Source: a virus. From it: DNA of 64,000 nucleotides. The position numbers were made by a program, and so were the translations under genes. The stretch spans positions 104,267-168,266 of the IMG/VR virus record IMGVR_UViG_3300040856_003274. One strand, written 5' to 3'. This document shows positions 10,530 through 21,280 of the stretch, piece by piece. The notes below the pieces were generated by a model. The model was not told where the DNA came from, searched no databases, and saw nothing but the letters and a program-made list of their open reading frames with translations. How positions within the stretch are numbered: the first letter of the stretch is position 1; each line of letters begins with the position of its first letter.

Positions 10530-13500
10530 TCGTCCTCCCCGAAAAGGTCAGAGATATTATCAGCTCGGTTATTCGCGTTATCGACAGCTTGATTAAAGCC
10601 ATTGATGACAGCCTGTATTGGGTTTTCTTTATCAGGCCGATTACCACCTATTGAAGTCCCCCTAAGGAGGTCTTGACGCTCCTTCCAACGGCCTGATACT
10701 TGAGCGACTTGATCCTTAGACCATGCCGTGATTTGATCGACACCCTCAATGGCGATGAAGTTTTCTCCGTTAAAAGCCTCGATCTCAAACAACTCTTCAG
10801 CGGCTCGGAAAGAGCTCGGAGCTCTCAAGTCATGTAAAGGCTGTATATCTGTTAACCTCAACGCGTTGTTGGCAGGGCTAATCTTTGTCGGAGCATTGCG
10901 TCGATCTACGACTAAGTTTCTTAAGCCCTGAACGATTTGCTCGTCTCTAGTAAGACTGCCGTCTGTGCGGGAGCCTAACTCTGCGAGAAAGTCTGAGACT
11001 TTAGATGCCTTTGTGCCTGCTTCAGCACTCGTAAGACCGCTTTTCAAGCGCACCTCTAAGTCTGACTGAGCATCGCCTTTGGAGGAAGTATAGACGGCTT
11101 TGATTAAGCCATCTACAATCTCAGGGTCTGCGTTACTGAGAGGGTCATAGTCATAGCCCCCCGCGAGCTTAGACCAGTTAGCCCCAGGCTCTATGGAGAG
11201 CCCTCTACCGTAAGGGAAAGAGCCTATAACCTCATAACCCCCATTGTCGGATACAGGAAAAACAGGAGTTTGTACGTCCACCTTTTCCGTCTCCTCAGTT
11301 TTTTCTTTTCGGGTTAAAGTTTTGAAGAGGGTGTTTAAAATCTTCCCGCTTGTAATGTTAAACACTGCTGCGCCTTTTCTGATAATATGTATATGGGTTG
11401 AGTTTCGTTTCAACCTCTGTTCCTTAGTTAGAGTTTGGCCCTCATTAGGAGCGAACTCAACAAGGTTAGGGTTTTCTATCGTCTCTATTATCCAAACTTG
11501 AGCCCACTTTGCGCTGTAATACTTTGCCATGTACTTCGCAAGGTAACTCAGGAATGAGCGGAAGTGCTTTAAGCCTGTTGCTTTGAAAGCCTCTCCCACA
11601 GTGAGGCTAGTCAAGTCTACCCCCTTGCGGAACACTTCTATCTCTTCTTCAGTACCGATTAGAGCATCTCTGTCATAGTTATCGGTGTTATTTTCGAGGT
11701 TTGATAAGCTGGAGGTATCTTCGTAATCTTCTAGTAACTCTTCATCAAAAACCCCTAACAGAGCGGTGCTTAGAGGCTCCTCGCTATCTTTCCTCAGCTT
11801 TTTCCTGTAGAGCGCCGTCAAAGACCGCGTTAAGGCGCTTTGAGCCCGAACGCTGTCAAAGACCCTCTTATTTTTTATACTTATCTGCTTAGACTTGTAG
11901 CTCATATTGTGATCTTGGAAAGAGATCGCTCTTATGTCGTGAGTCGGTGTCTCTTCCTTTTTCTTACCTGCCTTTAAGATTACGAGCCCTCTCTTCACGG
12001 AGCTACCTGCGAGCTCGATCTCACCATAGTTTTTAGTGTCGATCCCAACGCTCTCGAAAGGGTTAATGAGGTTTGGAGTGGACTTAAACTGCTTCGGCGC
12101 AACAACACCAATAAGATTAGCCTCTTTGACGAAACCTTCTCTAATGTCTACACCATCAGAACTTGTCTCTCCTTCCATGCCCATTCCTGGCGTGTTACGA
12201 ACAGGGGAGACTCCTTGTTGCTCAGGGTTAGGGTGCGCAGAGGAGTAATATCGGTAAGAGCCAGCTATAGAGTCGTTTGTAAACTGAGATTTCATATCCG
12301 AGAGCACTTCAAGCAGAGTCGCAGAGCGGTCTACATCTTCACCGCCTCTAACTTGAGAGGACACTTGCTCAAACAGCTCAAAGAAGCCGAACCCTTGACT
12401 CGCCTGTGAGCCCTGTCTCTGTTGCTTTAGCTCTGTGTCAAGGCTGAGGATTTTCTCGTCTATTCGTGCGAGCTTAGCTTTGAGCTTTGTTAGCTTCGCG
12501 CTCGCTTTTCTAATTTTAGCCTGTTCCTTACTAGAGTCTAGGCTGTCTATGTTAGCCTGCTCCCTAAAGATTTGACCCTCAAGCGTAGCCTTTTGCTCTA
12601 CAAGACCTTCTTTCCTTCGCTTGCGCCTTTTGCTTTTAGGTATCCCATAAAGCTCTTGGTCGGTTCGCTCTAAGGTTGTTCCGTACTCTTTCGCCTGAGT
12701 AACGATTTCTTGGACATTAAACATAACATCCTGCTCATCGTCATAAGAGACTTTATAGTAGTTGTAGATGTCTTTGTCGTAGATGCCTGATGGCACTACA
12801 GGGCTGATAATATTAAGGCTCTCCGCTTTCCTTATAAGATTAAGGACAACATTACGGTCTTTATAATCTGTCCCGTCATCGGTAACGTAAAACAAAGGAT
12901 TAACAAGAGTCGGGTCGAGCGCCATTACTACGTTCGGGAAGCCTACTTCTTTAGGGTGGTTATCCTTTGAGGTGATGATAGGCGTTGGGGGAAGGTCTAA
13001 TCTCGACAAGTCCACAGTATCTACCGCAGAGGCTCCTCGCGAAGCCTCTCTCGTATTTCGAGGTGCGTGAAACTTTCTTCTCCGCGCTGTGAGTTGTAAG
13101 GAGGTCGTACATTGACCTCCATAAGAGAAGCTGTGGCTGAGGCTCTCTACGTAATAAAAAGTGTCTATGTGTGAAATATAAACAGGGTAGCCAGCTCTAA
13201 GCTCAGGTCTAAAAGGTATTGTGAGGCTCGCGGTATTCATCTTCGAGTTAGCAACAGCCATTTTCGCAACTGCCGCGAAGAAAGCTGACTTAGGAGTGTT
13301 GTAATAGTGAGTCTCAAAGTCGCCCTGTCGCCAGCCATATTGGGCGACAAGTCGGTAGTCTACATAGCGCCCTGAGACACCCCATTCGCCTTCCATCCCT
13401 AAGCCCTGTATCTGTTGCCAATGTCCTGCCCTCACTACGTAGTAAGTCGCTTCGGGCTCGTTTTCGGTGAAGCTGAGGTTAATGATGTCTTCAGGCTCTA

Positions 13501-14704
13501 TGCGATATACTCTACTCGCTGAGGTGTCTAAGTTGTAAAACGGAGGTTTGAATACTAAGTCTCCGTCCATATCTTGATAAAACTCGAAGTCCGTCATCTC
13601 CTTAATCTTATTCGCCATGTCCATCTTAGACTCGTAAGTGGACTCAAAGAAGTTAACACTACCCCATGCGCTCACGTCATCTACATAAGCTGAGATTTCA
13701 ACAGGTGACACAGTAAAGCTAGGTAGCACCGCCGCGATTTGATCAGCGCCTCCTACAATCTTACCTGTCTCAGGGTTTACTCTAATCAAACCCAAGTCGT
13801 AAGCGGCTCGGAGCACAGAGCTGGCTTCCATATATTTAAACTCTGTGCCTACGCGAGAGTTTTTAATAAGGTTCTTAGCTTGGCTTCGGTTAAGCCCTGA
13901 GAGGAAGGCTTGTTGGGTCGCGGAGTAGAGCTGACCCGACGCGCCGTACATCCTTAAGCCGTAAAGCCGAGTAGAGAACCTGCGTTTCCAATACTCTAAG
14001 TTGATTGAGTAAAGGTCTTGGTTTTGGAATGTCGCGTTAATGTTAGTCTTTTGAGAGAAAGTCCAAGAGACACCGTGTGCCGCGCCTTGGAAATCGCGAT
14101 ACAGGGTATACAAAACCTCGTAGGCATTCTTGTTAGCGAAGTTATGCCCTCTCAAGGTAGTGCGGATACCTGAGTTTGTAGGCCGAGCGCCGAAGACCGA
14201 CCCGCTCGTAGAGATATATTGATAGCTCCAAAAGTGTAGCATAGAGCTACAGCTTAGAGACGCGGAGTAGTTACCTCCGCTGTAGTCAAAAGAAACGCTC
14301 GTCACCACACCGTGGAAGATGTGGTAGTAGGGATACTGAGGTAACTCTTCGCTCTGTTTTAGCCCTTCTACTTTAACGAGCCCTTTTGTGGGGAAATAGC
14401 CTCTAGCATAGATATGTACCTCCATGCCTGTATGAAAGATGATCCCTCCGTCTTTGTATATCTTAGCACTCTCAAAGCGCGGGATTGAGAGCGTAAGGGA
14501 AGCTGAGGTCGCACCGCTCTCTACTCCGCCGTCTACACTGATTTGGGTGACATACTTTTGAATGTCGAACCTAATATTACCGCCGTCTGCTCCAGGTAGC
14601 TCTGCCATACCGTTAAGGTAAACTAGAGCGTCAGGGGTGTAGCTGACTATTTTCTTGCTGTTGGGTCGCCATGTACCCGAATACGGCCTATTAGCGTTAG
14701 ACAT
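10526..14704 (-). CDS. Baseplate hub protein (gp27/gpD-like) with long C-terminal extension
   Basis: Hub-type motifs EFYQDMDGDLVFKPPFYN and TASLTIPFRPELRAGYPVYI...FYYVESLSHSFSYGGQCTTSLQLT; position between tube initiators and spike. Confidence 0.75.
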   Translation of the reverse strand: MSNANRPYSGTWRPNSKKIVSYTPDALVYLNGMAELPGADGGNIRFDIQKYVTQISVDGGVESGATSASLTLSIPRFESAKIYKDGGIIFHTGMEVHIYARGYFPTKGLVKVEGLKQSEELPQYPYYHIFHGVVTSVSFDYSGGNYSASLSCSSMLHFWSYQYISTSGSVFGARPTNSGIRTTLRGHNFANKNAYEVLYTLYRDFQGAAHGVSWTFSQKTNINATFQNQDLYSINLEYWKRRFSTRLYGLRMYGASGQLYSATQQAFLSGLNRSQAKNLIKNSRVGTEFKYMEASSVLRAAYDLGLIRVNPETGKIVGGADQIAAVLPSFTVSPVEISAYVDDVSAWGSVNFFESTYESKMDMANKIKEMTDFEFYQDMDGDLVFKPPFYNLDTSASRVYRIEPEDIINLSFTENEPEATYYVVRAGHWQQIQGLGMEGEWGVSGRYVDYRLVAQYGWRQGDFETHYYNTPKSAFFAAVAKMAVANSKMNTASLTIPFRPELRAGYPVYISHIDTFYYVESLSHSFSYGGQCTTSLQLTARRRKFHAPRNTREASRGASAVDTVDLSRLDLPPTPIITSKDNHPKEVGFPNVVMALDPTLVNPLFYVTDDGTDYKDRNVVLNLIRKAESLNIISPVVPSGIYDKDIYNYYKVSYDDEQDVMFNVQEIVTQAKEYGTTLERTDQELYGIPKSKRRKRRKEGLVEQKATLEGQIFREQANIDSLDSSKEQAKIRKASAKLTKLKAKLARIDEKILSLDTELKQQRQGSQASQGFGFFELFEQVSSQVRGGEDVDRSATLLEVLSDMKSQFTNDSIAGSYRYYSSAHPNPEQQGVSPVRNTPGMGMEGETSSDGVDIREGFVKEANLIGVVAPKQFKSTPNLINPFESVGIDTKNYGEIELAGSSVKRGLVILKAGKKKEETPTHDIRAISFQDHNMSYKSKQISIKNKRVFDSVRAQSALTRSLTALYRKKLRKDSEEPLSTALLGVFDEELLEDYEDTSSLSNLENNTDNYDRDALIGTEEEIEVFRKGVDLTSLTVGEAFKATGLKHFRSFLSYLAKYMAKYYSAKWAQVWIIETIENPNLVEFAPNEGQTLTKEQRLKRNSTHIHIIRKGAAVFNITSGKILNTLFKTLTRKEKTEETEKVDVQTPVFPVSDNGGYEVIGSFPYGRGLSIEPGANWSKLAGGYDYDPLSNADPEIVDGLIKAVYTSSKGDAQSDLEVRLKSGLTSAEAGTKASKVSDFLAELGSRTDGSLTRDEQIVQGLRNLVVDRRNAPTKISPANNALRLTDIQPLHDLRAPSSFRAAEELFEIEAFNGENFIAIEGVDQITAWSKDQVAQVSGRWKERQDLLRGTSIGGNRPDKENPIQAVINGFNQAVDNANNRADNISDLFGEDE

Positions 14705-14717
14705 TTGTTAAGCTCTC

Positions 14718-16001
14718 TTAAGTGTTAAGGACGAAACCCGTACCGCCAGGTACATCTTCTTCTTCCTCTTCAGCAGGTGCAGAGGTGAAGAGCGCCCCTG
14801 ATGTTTGGAAACCACTGTCAACGACAGGATTAGGAGGCGGAGTAGCTGAAACAGGGTTACTTAAAATCCTCTTCGCCTGTGCTGACTTATACCTAGAGAC
14901 TGAAGCGGTGTCTGAAGAGAAGTCCAGCATTTTTTTCACCTCAAACTCAAAGCTAAACTCTAAGCCTCCCATTTGCTTCTCTTCGGAAAACCCGTAAGAA
15001 AAGCTCTTCATTGTCCCTAGATAAGCGATCTGATCGTACTCAAGCACGACTTTGCCTGCCATAAGATTAGCCTTGGAGCGCCCTATCGTGTCTCTTATCA
15101 GAGCCCCGTTGTTGTAAATATTAAGCAACGTGATGAGTTGCTGGTAAGCCGCTGAGTGGTTGCGAGAAGCATACTGAACACCTGACGGCACGCGAGTTTC
15201 TGTTTCTCTAACACCGCTTCCTAAAGACGTAAGATTAGGCGGTAAGATTGCCACCTCGTCTGCGGTAATCCCTTGAGTAGTGTTTCTTACTCCTGACGCA
15301 AAAGCTCCAATCACACCTGAGATAGATAGCGTCGGCAACCCTTCTCCCCATGCTTGATAAACAAAACCTGTTCTCGTAGCTTCGGAGTAGTTTTGTATGC
15401 GCTGATATTGAAGCTGAAAGCTGTTAGGGTTGATTAACATTAATAACGGAGGTGTATCCGCCATTTTTTTAATTTGACGGAGAGTCTCTATCACCATCCT
15501 TTGATCTATAAAACCTGCTTGCTTCGAGGCGAGCCCCGTAGACTCGCGCTGGTAGCTCTCTTCAACTGAAGAAACTCTACGGTAAGCATTAGAGGCGATC
15601 CCCGACATTACGGTAGCATCGGCCTGCTCAAGAGCATAGTAGGTCAAGTCACTTGTAATAGAGCCTTGTCCCCTACCTGAGTTTAGGTAATCGTTTTTTG
15701 CGACTTTAGTCACTGAGCTGAAAGCGACACCTGAAGACCTAAATGAAGGGCTACCTCCAAAGTCGTAATCTTCTACTAATCTTAAGTTTTCTTGTAGATA
15801 CCCATCATCAAGACCTCCCGAAGCGACTACACCGTCTAGTATTGTAGGGAGAGCCAAAGAAACCGTGAAGGGTGAATACTTCCTCAGTCTCTCAATGGAG
15901 CTGTCTATGGGCATTGAGTTAGGGTCTGACTCGTAAACTTGTCGGTATGAGGGGTCTTGCGCTAGCCCTTCAAATAAGCCCATATGTTGTACGCTGTTCA
16001 T
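14718..16001 (-). CDS. Tail tube initiator-like protein (gp48/gp54-like), paralog 2
   Basis: LLMLINPNSFQLQYQR...GFVYQAWGEGLPTLSISG...YLGTMKSFSYGFSEEK...FSFEFEV; parallels the neighbouring 213 aa ORF. Confidence 0.65.
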   Translation of the reverse strand: MNSVQHMGLFEGLAQDPSYRQVYESDPNSMPIDSSIERLRKYSPFTVSLALPTILDGVVASGGLDDGYLQENLRLVEDYDFGGSPSFRSSGVAFSSVTKVAKNDYLNSGRGQGSITSDLTYYALEQADATVMSGIASNAYRRVSSVEESYQRESTGLASKQAGFIDQRMVIETLRQIKKMADTPPLLMLINPNSFQLQYQRIQNYSEATRTGFVYQAWGEGLPTLSISGVIGAFASGVRNTTQGITADEVAILPPNLTSLGSGVRETETRVPSGVQYASRNHSAAYQQLITLLNIYNNGALIRDTIGRSKANLMAGKVVLEYDQIAYLGTMKSFSYGFSEEKQMGGLEFSFEFEVKKMLDFSSDTASVSRYKSAQAKRILSNPVSATPPPNPVVDSGFQTSGALFTSAPAEEEEEDVPGGTGFVLNT

Positions 16002-16639
16002 CGACCTTGCCCCCCTACATTAAGCGTGCGTCTGTGCTCTTCTCTGTAGACTTGAAAAGACATGCTGTACTCGAAGCTGTAAGGTTTATCCGCGCTCTCG
16101 GTAACGCTAAAGTTTTCAAACCAGCCGTAATAGTCAGACCCGTCAAATGACAGCTTGACATACCCTTGAAAAGCGATTTGACCATTCTTAGAGTAGATCG
16201 CTCCGTTGTTATGGAACAGTGCTAAGAGGTCTAAAAACTTGTCGTAGGCGATGGTGTCTCTTCTTGAGCCCCCTAAATCAATCCCTTTTATAGAATCGGG
16301 AAGCCTCGCGTTGCTAGGCCCTAATCCTGTAACAGAAGTGATCCCTGTGTAGGCTCTCATAAAGCCTCCCGTAGAGCCTTGTATGTCTATTGAGGCAGGC
16401 TGGTTGCCCCAGTGTTGTTCTATGAAGCCTCCAAGGGTCTGTATCGCTTCAGATTGTCTTGTGTAGCTAATACTGAGGCTACTAGGGTTGACGTGGAGGA
16501 CGAGCTTAAGATTATCAGGTAATAAGCTCGTCAAGCCGTCAGGCGATATGAGGTCAAAGATGACGGGACGTATGCCTCTACCTGAGTATTGATCAGAAGG
16601 GCTATTAAAAGCACTCTTGATTGCGTAAGACTCAGCCAT
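15998..16639 (-). CDS. Tail tube initiator-like protein (gp48/gp54-like), paralog 1
   Basis: LVLHVNPSSLSISYTR...GFIEQHWGNQPASIDIQG...YYGWFENFSVTESADKPYSFEYSMSFQV; directly after tape measure. Confidence 0.7.
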   Translation of the reverse strand: MAESYAIKSAFNSPSDQYSGRGIRPVIFDLISPDGLTSLLPDNLKLVLHVNPSSLSISYTRQSEAIQTLGGFIEQHWGNQPASIDIQGSTGGFMRAYTGITSVTGLGPSNARLPDSIKGIDLGGSRRDTIAYDKFLDLLALFHNNGAIYSKNGQIAFQGYVKLSFDGSDYYGWFENFSVTESADKPYSFEYSMSFQVYREEHRRTLNVGGQGR

Positions 16640-16658
16640 AGGTTACTCCCTTTGTTAT

Positions 16659-19600
16659 TTATGAGTAGAGTGAAGAGGTTCGACCGCCTCCACCAAGACC
16701 TCTCGATTTCTCAGCCGCGAGGACTTTTCTTACGGTACGGGTAACCGTAATAGGGTCACCCATAATATTTATTATAACATTAGAGTTTCCACCCCTACCG
16801 CCAGCGCCACCGAAACGACCTGCCCTATCAAACACACCGTTAGGCTTACCGTACACGACACCCATAGCGCGGTCGAACGAGTTAATCGGAGTAACAACAC
16901 CGTTACCATAGCCGTCACCTTGGTAAACAAAATCACCTGCGCTTGGCTTTACTTTAGGATCTCCTACATTGGAGGCTGTGGGTAATGTACTACCTGGGGT
17001 AGCCAAGTTAGTGAAACGCTTAGCCGCTTCTCGGTGTTCATAGTAATGGTCAAATCCTTGACCAAAACCTTTTGTTTCTTTTACGCGCTTCAATATTTTC
17101 ATCGCTTCTTCCCCGCTATAGCCTTCACTAACTAACCTTTCAAACGCCCTCTCTACTTGTTCGTCATCTTTAATGTCTTTTAAAAGCTCCTTCATCTCTT
17201 TGTTAACAGTTAATCCTTCCTTTGCTACCTTCCCCTGTTTTTCCGCTTCCTTTACTTGGTTGTTTATTTGTGTTTCTAAATATGGGATGTTAGTCTCTAT
17301 CGTATTACCCCAACCTTGGTTTAAATCTTCTATTGTCGCCTCATGTTTAGTCGCGATCTTTTCTCTGAGGTCATCTTTACCCGCCCTGACTTTTGCGAGC
17401 CCCTCATCAAGTTTTTCTCGTTTCCCCCTAATCGCGGCTATCCTTTTTTCCCTCTCTTCAGGGTGTAAGTCCTTGTCTTTTGCGACCTCGGACTCTTCTT
17501 TCCGAGTCTCCTCAATCTGCTTCTCTAAAGTTTTAATAGCTCTGTCGTAAGCACCGTAAAGCTCTTGCGCTCTCTTTTTCCCTGTACTATCGAGATTACC
17601 TCCAACAAAGAAATTTAAGATTGAGTCAAGGGTGCTGTATATCCCCTGTAGGAAATATGTGACTCCCATCTCAATACGTTGAGCGATATCTACTGTATTG
17701 TTGGCGATCTGCTCAGAGAGCTCTAAGTTTCTGTCTCTTTGCTCAGTAGCTTTAGTTAACACTCCTTCATTAAGGCGCATGAAAGCATCGAAGCTGGCTT
17801 TACCTAAATCTTTCTCCCCCACTATTTTGCCCGTATCTTTATTATATTGGGCTTGTATCAGTTTCCCTTGTTTATCTATGTAAGCGCCATACTTTTCTAT
17901 TTGAGCTATTTTTTTGTCAGTAGTGTCGGCTTTGCCCTCTCTTTGGAGGAGGTCAAAGTCTCCCCTTAAGCCGTCAATAGCCGCAATAAAAGAGTCCGTC
18001 TGTTCTCCGCTATATCCCATCTGCTCTTCTAAGAAAGATCGGTACACGATAGATGCTTGGCTGTCTGTGTTGAGCTGTCTTACATCAGTAAGCCCGAACC
18101 GCTTCATCATCGCTTGCTGTGCTTTGAGGAAACCTGTCATACCGAGAGCACCTGCCGACACCGCCCCACCTGATCTACCCTGCGTACCCACATGAAGCTG
18201 TAAGATTTGACCGATCTCCTTAGCTAAACCGACAGCCATGTCGCTCCCTCCGTCTTGTTGACGGATCGCGGCTAAGAGTCTAGAGCGTTCTTCGACGCTT
18301 ACGCTCCTGAGAGCTTTTGACAGAGCCTTTTCATTAGAGGTGTCAACTTCACCTAAACCTGCGGTTTTGAAAGCCTCTGCTAAAAGTTTGCCTTGATCCT
18401 TAGAGCGGCTAACATTACCGACCCTCGCCCCATACTCTTGAGAGAAGATTTCTTTACGAGCTTTATCTCCCATCATCATCATCGCTTTGTAGTTTTCCTT
18501 AACTCCCTGACCCTTGAAGCCCTGAGCTAGCTTCTTGAGCAAGCCACTCTCTTCAAGACCACGCGCCCCTAATATCTTTCCTAATCTCGTCGCAAAGAAA
18601 GCGGCTTCCTCGATGCGAGTGTTATAAACTCCCATACCAGTAGTCGCTTGTAAGACCATAGAGTAGAAGCGTTTAACTCCAAAACCGCTTTGCATAGCCT
18701 GATCGGTAATCGCGGCAAATCTTACGGCAATATCTTCGAGGCTGTAACCATAACGCTCTGTAATAGAAGCAACGTCTTCTACAGAAGCACCTAGTATACG
18801 TTGCTGGGCGGTCATGTGTTGGATAACTTTAACGTAAGCCGCTTCTGAGTCTTTAGCGTCGGTCATCGCCCCTTTCATTTCTTTAAGGGTAATACCTGCC
18901 GCCTGGAACTCTGCTACCATACCCATAGCCGCCTCTGCGGTAACCCCTAAGCCTTGGCTAAGGTAGAGGTCATTAACTCCCTCTCTAATGTCACGGAGGC
19001 TAGCATTAAGGCTTACAGACTCATCCCCTAAAGTATTAACGAGAGCATCAGCACCGCTCGCTGATTCTAAGAAAGCCTTGTTGAGTTGCTTCCCTGCTGA
19101 CTCGATATCTATAATGAAAGAGATAACATTAGCGAAGCCTTTAGCGAGTGCTCCGAATATTCTTAAGGCAGGGCCGAAAGACTTGAGCAACTTACCTATC
19201 ATGCCGAAAACCTTAGCACTCGCTCCTGCACCCTTTTGAGTACCTCTGCCCTCTAATGTTCTGCCGAAGTCTCCAGCTTTGCTCAAGCTCTCCCCTATAC
19301 CTTTTAGGTCACGGTTTTTGAGCTTAGATAGGAAGTCTCCTAAACCTCCCGTCATCATATCAGCGGCAGTGGCTATGTTTTCAGAGGCATCTGCGAGAGG
19401 GTTCTTACCACCTCTTTGATTAAACTGCTTATTGAGCTCCGCAACAGCTTCAGCTTCTTTCTTGTATATCTTTAAGCGGTCATCAACCTCTTGCTTAGCC
19501 TCTTCGGTAATACCCTGCATAAGCTCAAGAGACTTTTTAGCCCTCTCTCTCTCTAATCTCGCTCCGTTCTTATAAAATTCCTGATCTGCTTTATTTTTAG

Positions 19601-20075
19601 CCTTGTTTGACTCCTCTAATAAGAATTCTGCTGACTCAAGGTGTCGATAATAGTTCTGCCTATGATCTTCTGCCATACGCATTTTTCGCTTGTATGCCCA
19701 GCTCAAGTCCACGATCTCATTTCTGTGTAGCTCTTTCGATTTTTCGTAAGCCACTTTCAGACTCGCTAAGTAGTCTCCCCCAAAGTCTACTTTTGAATGA
19801 GCCGCGCTGAGCTCCCTCATCATCCTGCTTTGATATTCTGCAAACTCTCTTAGGTTTGCCCCTGCTTTAGTAAAAGCCTCTTTAAAGGTATCCGAAAATT
19901 GCTTAAGCACTTGTTTATTTTTAAGCGCCCAGTTTTCTTCTGCTCGGCTCATCGTTTTGAGCCTACCGACATAATCCTTATAAAGCGCCTCCATATTACG
20001 CTTAAACTCAGCAGTAGATTTCTTTTGGTGTTCTTCGGTAAATCTCTCGCCTGCTTCAATCACTTGATTTGGCAT
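16659..20075 (-). CDS. Tail tape measure protein
   Basis: 1138 aa, helical/coiled-coil, A/G/K/E-rich, G-rich C-terminus ending in NVIINIMGD; canonical position after chaperones. Confidence 0.8.
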   Translation of the reverse strand: MPNQVIEAGERFTEEHQKKSTAEFKRNMEALYKDYVGRLKTMSRAEENWALKNKQVLKQFSDTFKEAFTKAGANLREFAEYQSRMMRELSAAHSKVDFGGDYLASLKVAYEKSKELHRNEIVDLSWAYKRKMRMAEDHRQNYYRHLESAEFLLEESNKAKNKADQEFYKNGARLERERAKKSLELMQGITEEAKQEVDDRLKIYKKEAEAVAELNKQFNQRGGKNPLADASENIATAADMMTGGLGDFLSKLKNRDLKGIGESLSKAGDFGRTLEGRGTQKGAGASAKVFGMIGKLLKSFGPALRIFGALAKGFANVISFIIDIESAGKQLNKAFLESASGADALVNTLGDESVSLNASLRDIREGVNDLYLSQGLGVTAEAAMGMVAEFQAAGITLKEMKGAMTDAKDSEAAYVKVIQHMTAQQRILGASVEDVASITERYGYSLEDIAVRFAAITDQAMQSGFGVKRFYSMVLQATTGMGVYNTRIEEAAFFATRLGKILGARGLEESGLLKKLAQGFKGQGVKENYKAMMMMGDKARKEIFSQEYGARVGNVSRSKDQGKLLAEAFKTAGLGEVDTSNEKALSKALRSVSVEERSRLLAAIRQQDGGSDMAVGLAKEIGQILQLHVGTQGRSGGAVSAGALGMTGFLKAQQAMMKRFGLTDVRQLNTDSQASIVYRSFLEEQMGYSGEQTDSFIAAIDGLRGDFDLLQREGKADTTDKKIAQIEKYGAYIDKQGKLIQAQYNKDTGKIVGEKDLGKASFDAFMRLNEGVLTKATEQRDRNLELSEQIANNTVDIAQRIEMGVTYFLQGIYSTLDSILNFFVGGNLDSTGKKRAQELYGAYDRAIKTLEKQIEETRKEESEVAKDKDLHPEEREKRIAAIRGKREKLDEGLAKVRAGKDDLREKIATKHEATIEDLNQGWGNTIETNIPYLETQINNQVKEAEKQGKVAKEGLTVNKEMKELLKDIKDDEQVERAFERLVSEGYSGEEAMKILKRVKETKGFGQGFDHYYEHREAAKRFTNLATPGSTLPTASNVGDPKVKPSAGDFVYQGDGYGNGVVTPINSFDRAMGVVYGKPNGVFDRAGRFGGAGGRGGNSNVIINIMGDPITVTRTVRKVLAAEKSRGLGGGGRTSSLYS

Positions 20076-20086
20076 AAGGATATCCC

Positions 20087-21280
20087 CTAATCATTGTCGT
20101 CTAAGATAACCCGCCTCTCTGACAAGCCCATTAAATCTTGAGAGACGTTTGAAGAGGGCTCACTACCTTCTTTATATAGGCTCTTAAACTCTTTAGGTGC
20201 TTCATACCCTGCGTTGAACCAACGGTCGTAGACAGGGTTGACCGTCTTAGGTGCAGATATCCTATGCACTTTAGAGGTCTTCTTAATCTTAGAGGGGTCA
20301 ACCGCTTCCAGCTTCGTCGCGTAGCTTTGCTCCTCTTCTGCGAGCCTAGCCTCTTCCTGAGCCTTGAGCATTTCTTGATGCCTACGGGCAAACTCCTTAT
20401 CCGCGTTGCTCTTAATCTCTTCCTTGAAGTTACGGACAACCTTATCGTGTAAGTCCTCCTCGCCTGTAACCCAGCGCCTAAACTCTTCTGCTAACTCGTC
20501 AGCAGACTTAGGTTGGAATATCTTCTCCCCGTTGACCTCTAAGACATTACCAATACCACCACTCTTGAGGAAGTCTGACTTATCCGTCTCCCCTATAAAG
20601 CGGTAGTAAGCAATATCATGCGTCCTTTGATGGTTAGCTTCATCCTCGCTAAGTTTCTTCTTATCTGCGTCTGTAATCTTTTGAACCGCTTTAGGGTTTT
20701 GAGACGACATAACCGCCTTAGTTAACTCCCACTCGCCCATGTACTGAACCCTGCTGTCTTCATGTTGATTATAAGACAGCCACACCTCTTGTATTGGGTT
20801 AAGGCTCATCTTTTCAGTGCCAGGCAGTCCTGTCACATGACTAAGATTAGGGTAGCCTTTACCGATATCACTCCACATCTTGCGAGAGATCGTCTCGTAA
20901 AGAAAGCTCTCGATGTAAACAAAGCATTCGTTTTGCTTGGAGAAAAGCTCTAACAGTGCGTGATATATTTTGTTTATAAACGGTTGGGGCATATCCTGTA
21001 GAGTCTTGTATATCTCATAAGAGTGAGACACGCTGTCCTCTAGCAGGTATTGTCCGTCAAATAACCACACGCTATGCGCGATAGCCCACAGATACCAGTT
21101 TGAGGCGCTAGGGCTGTAACGCTCTTGTATGAGAAACAAGTCAGAGTCGTTAAGGGTACGGAGGGAAATCTGTACCCCGTTAACTAGGACTTTCTTAGTG
21201 AGGAACCCTCTCTCGATCATGGGGATGATATCTTCGTAGATCGCCTCACGTTGTTTTGAGGTAGAGGGCTCTATGATCAT
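20087..21280 (-). CDS. Tail assembly chaperone-like protein 2
   Basis: Between tube and tape measure; N-terminal VLVNGVQISLRTL resembles the upstream gene; TAATG stop/start coupling. Confidence 0.55.
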   Translation of the reverse strand: MIIEPSTSKQREAIYEDIIPMIERGFLTKKVLVNGVQISLRTLNDSDLFLIQERYSPSASNWYLWAIAHSVWLFDGQYLLEDSVSHSYEIYKTLQDMPQPFINKIYHALLELFSKQNECFVYIESFLYETISRKMWSDIGKGYPNLSHVTGLPGTEKMSLNPIQEVWLSYNQHEDSRVQYMGEWELTKAVMSSQNPKAVQKITDADKKKLSEDEANHQRTHDIAYYRFIGETDKSDFLKSGGIGNVLEVNGEKIFQPKSADELAEEFRRWVTGEEDLHDKVVRNFKEEIKSNADKEFARRHQEMLKAQEEARLAEEEQSYATKLEAVDPSKIKKTSKVHRISAPKTVNPVYDRWFNAGYEAPKEFKSLYKEGSEPSSNVSQDLMGLSERRVILDDND

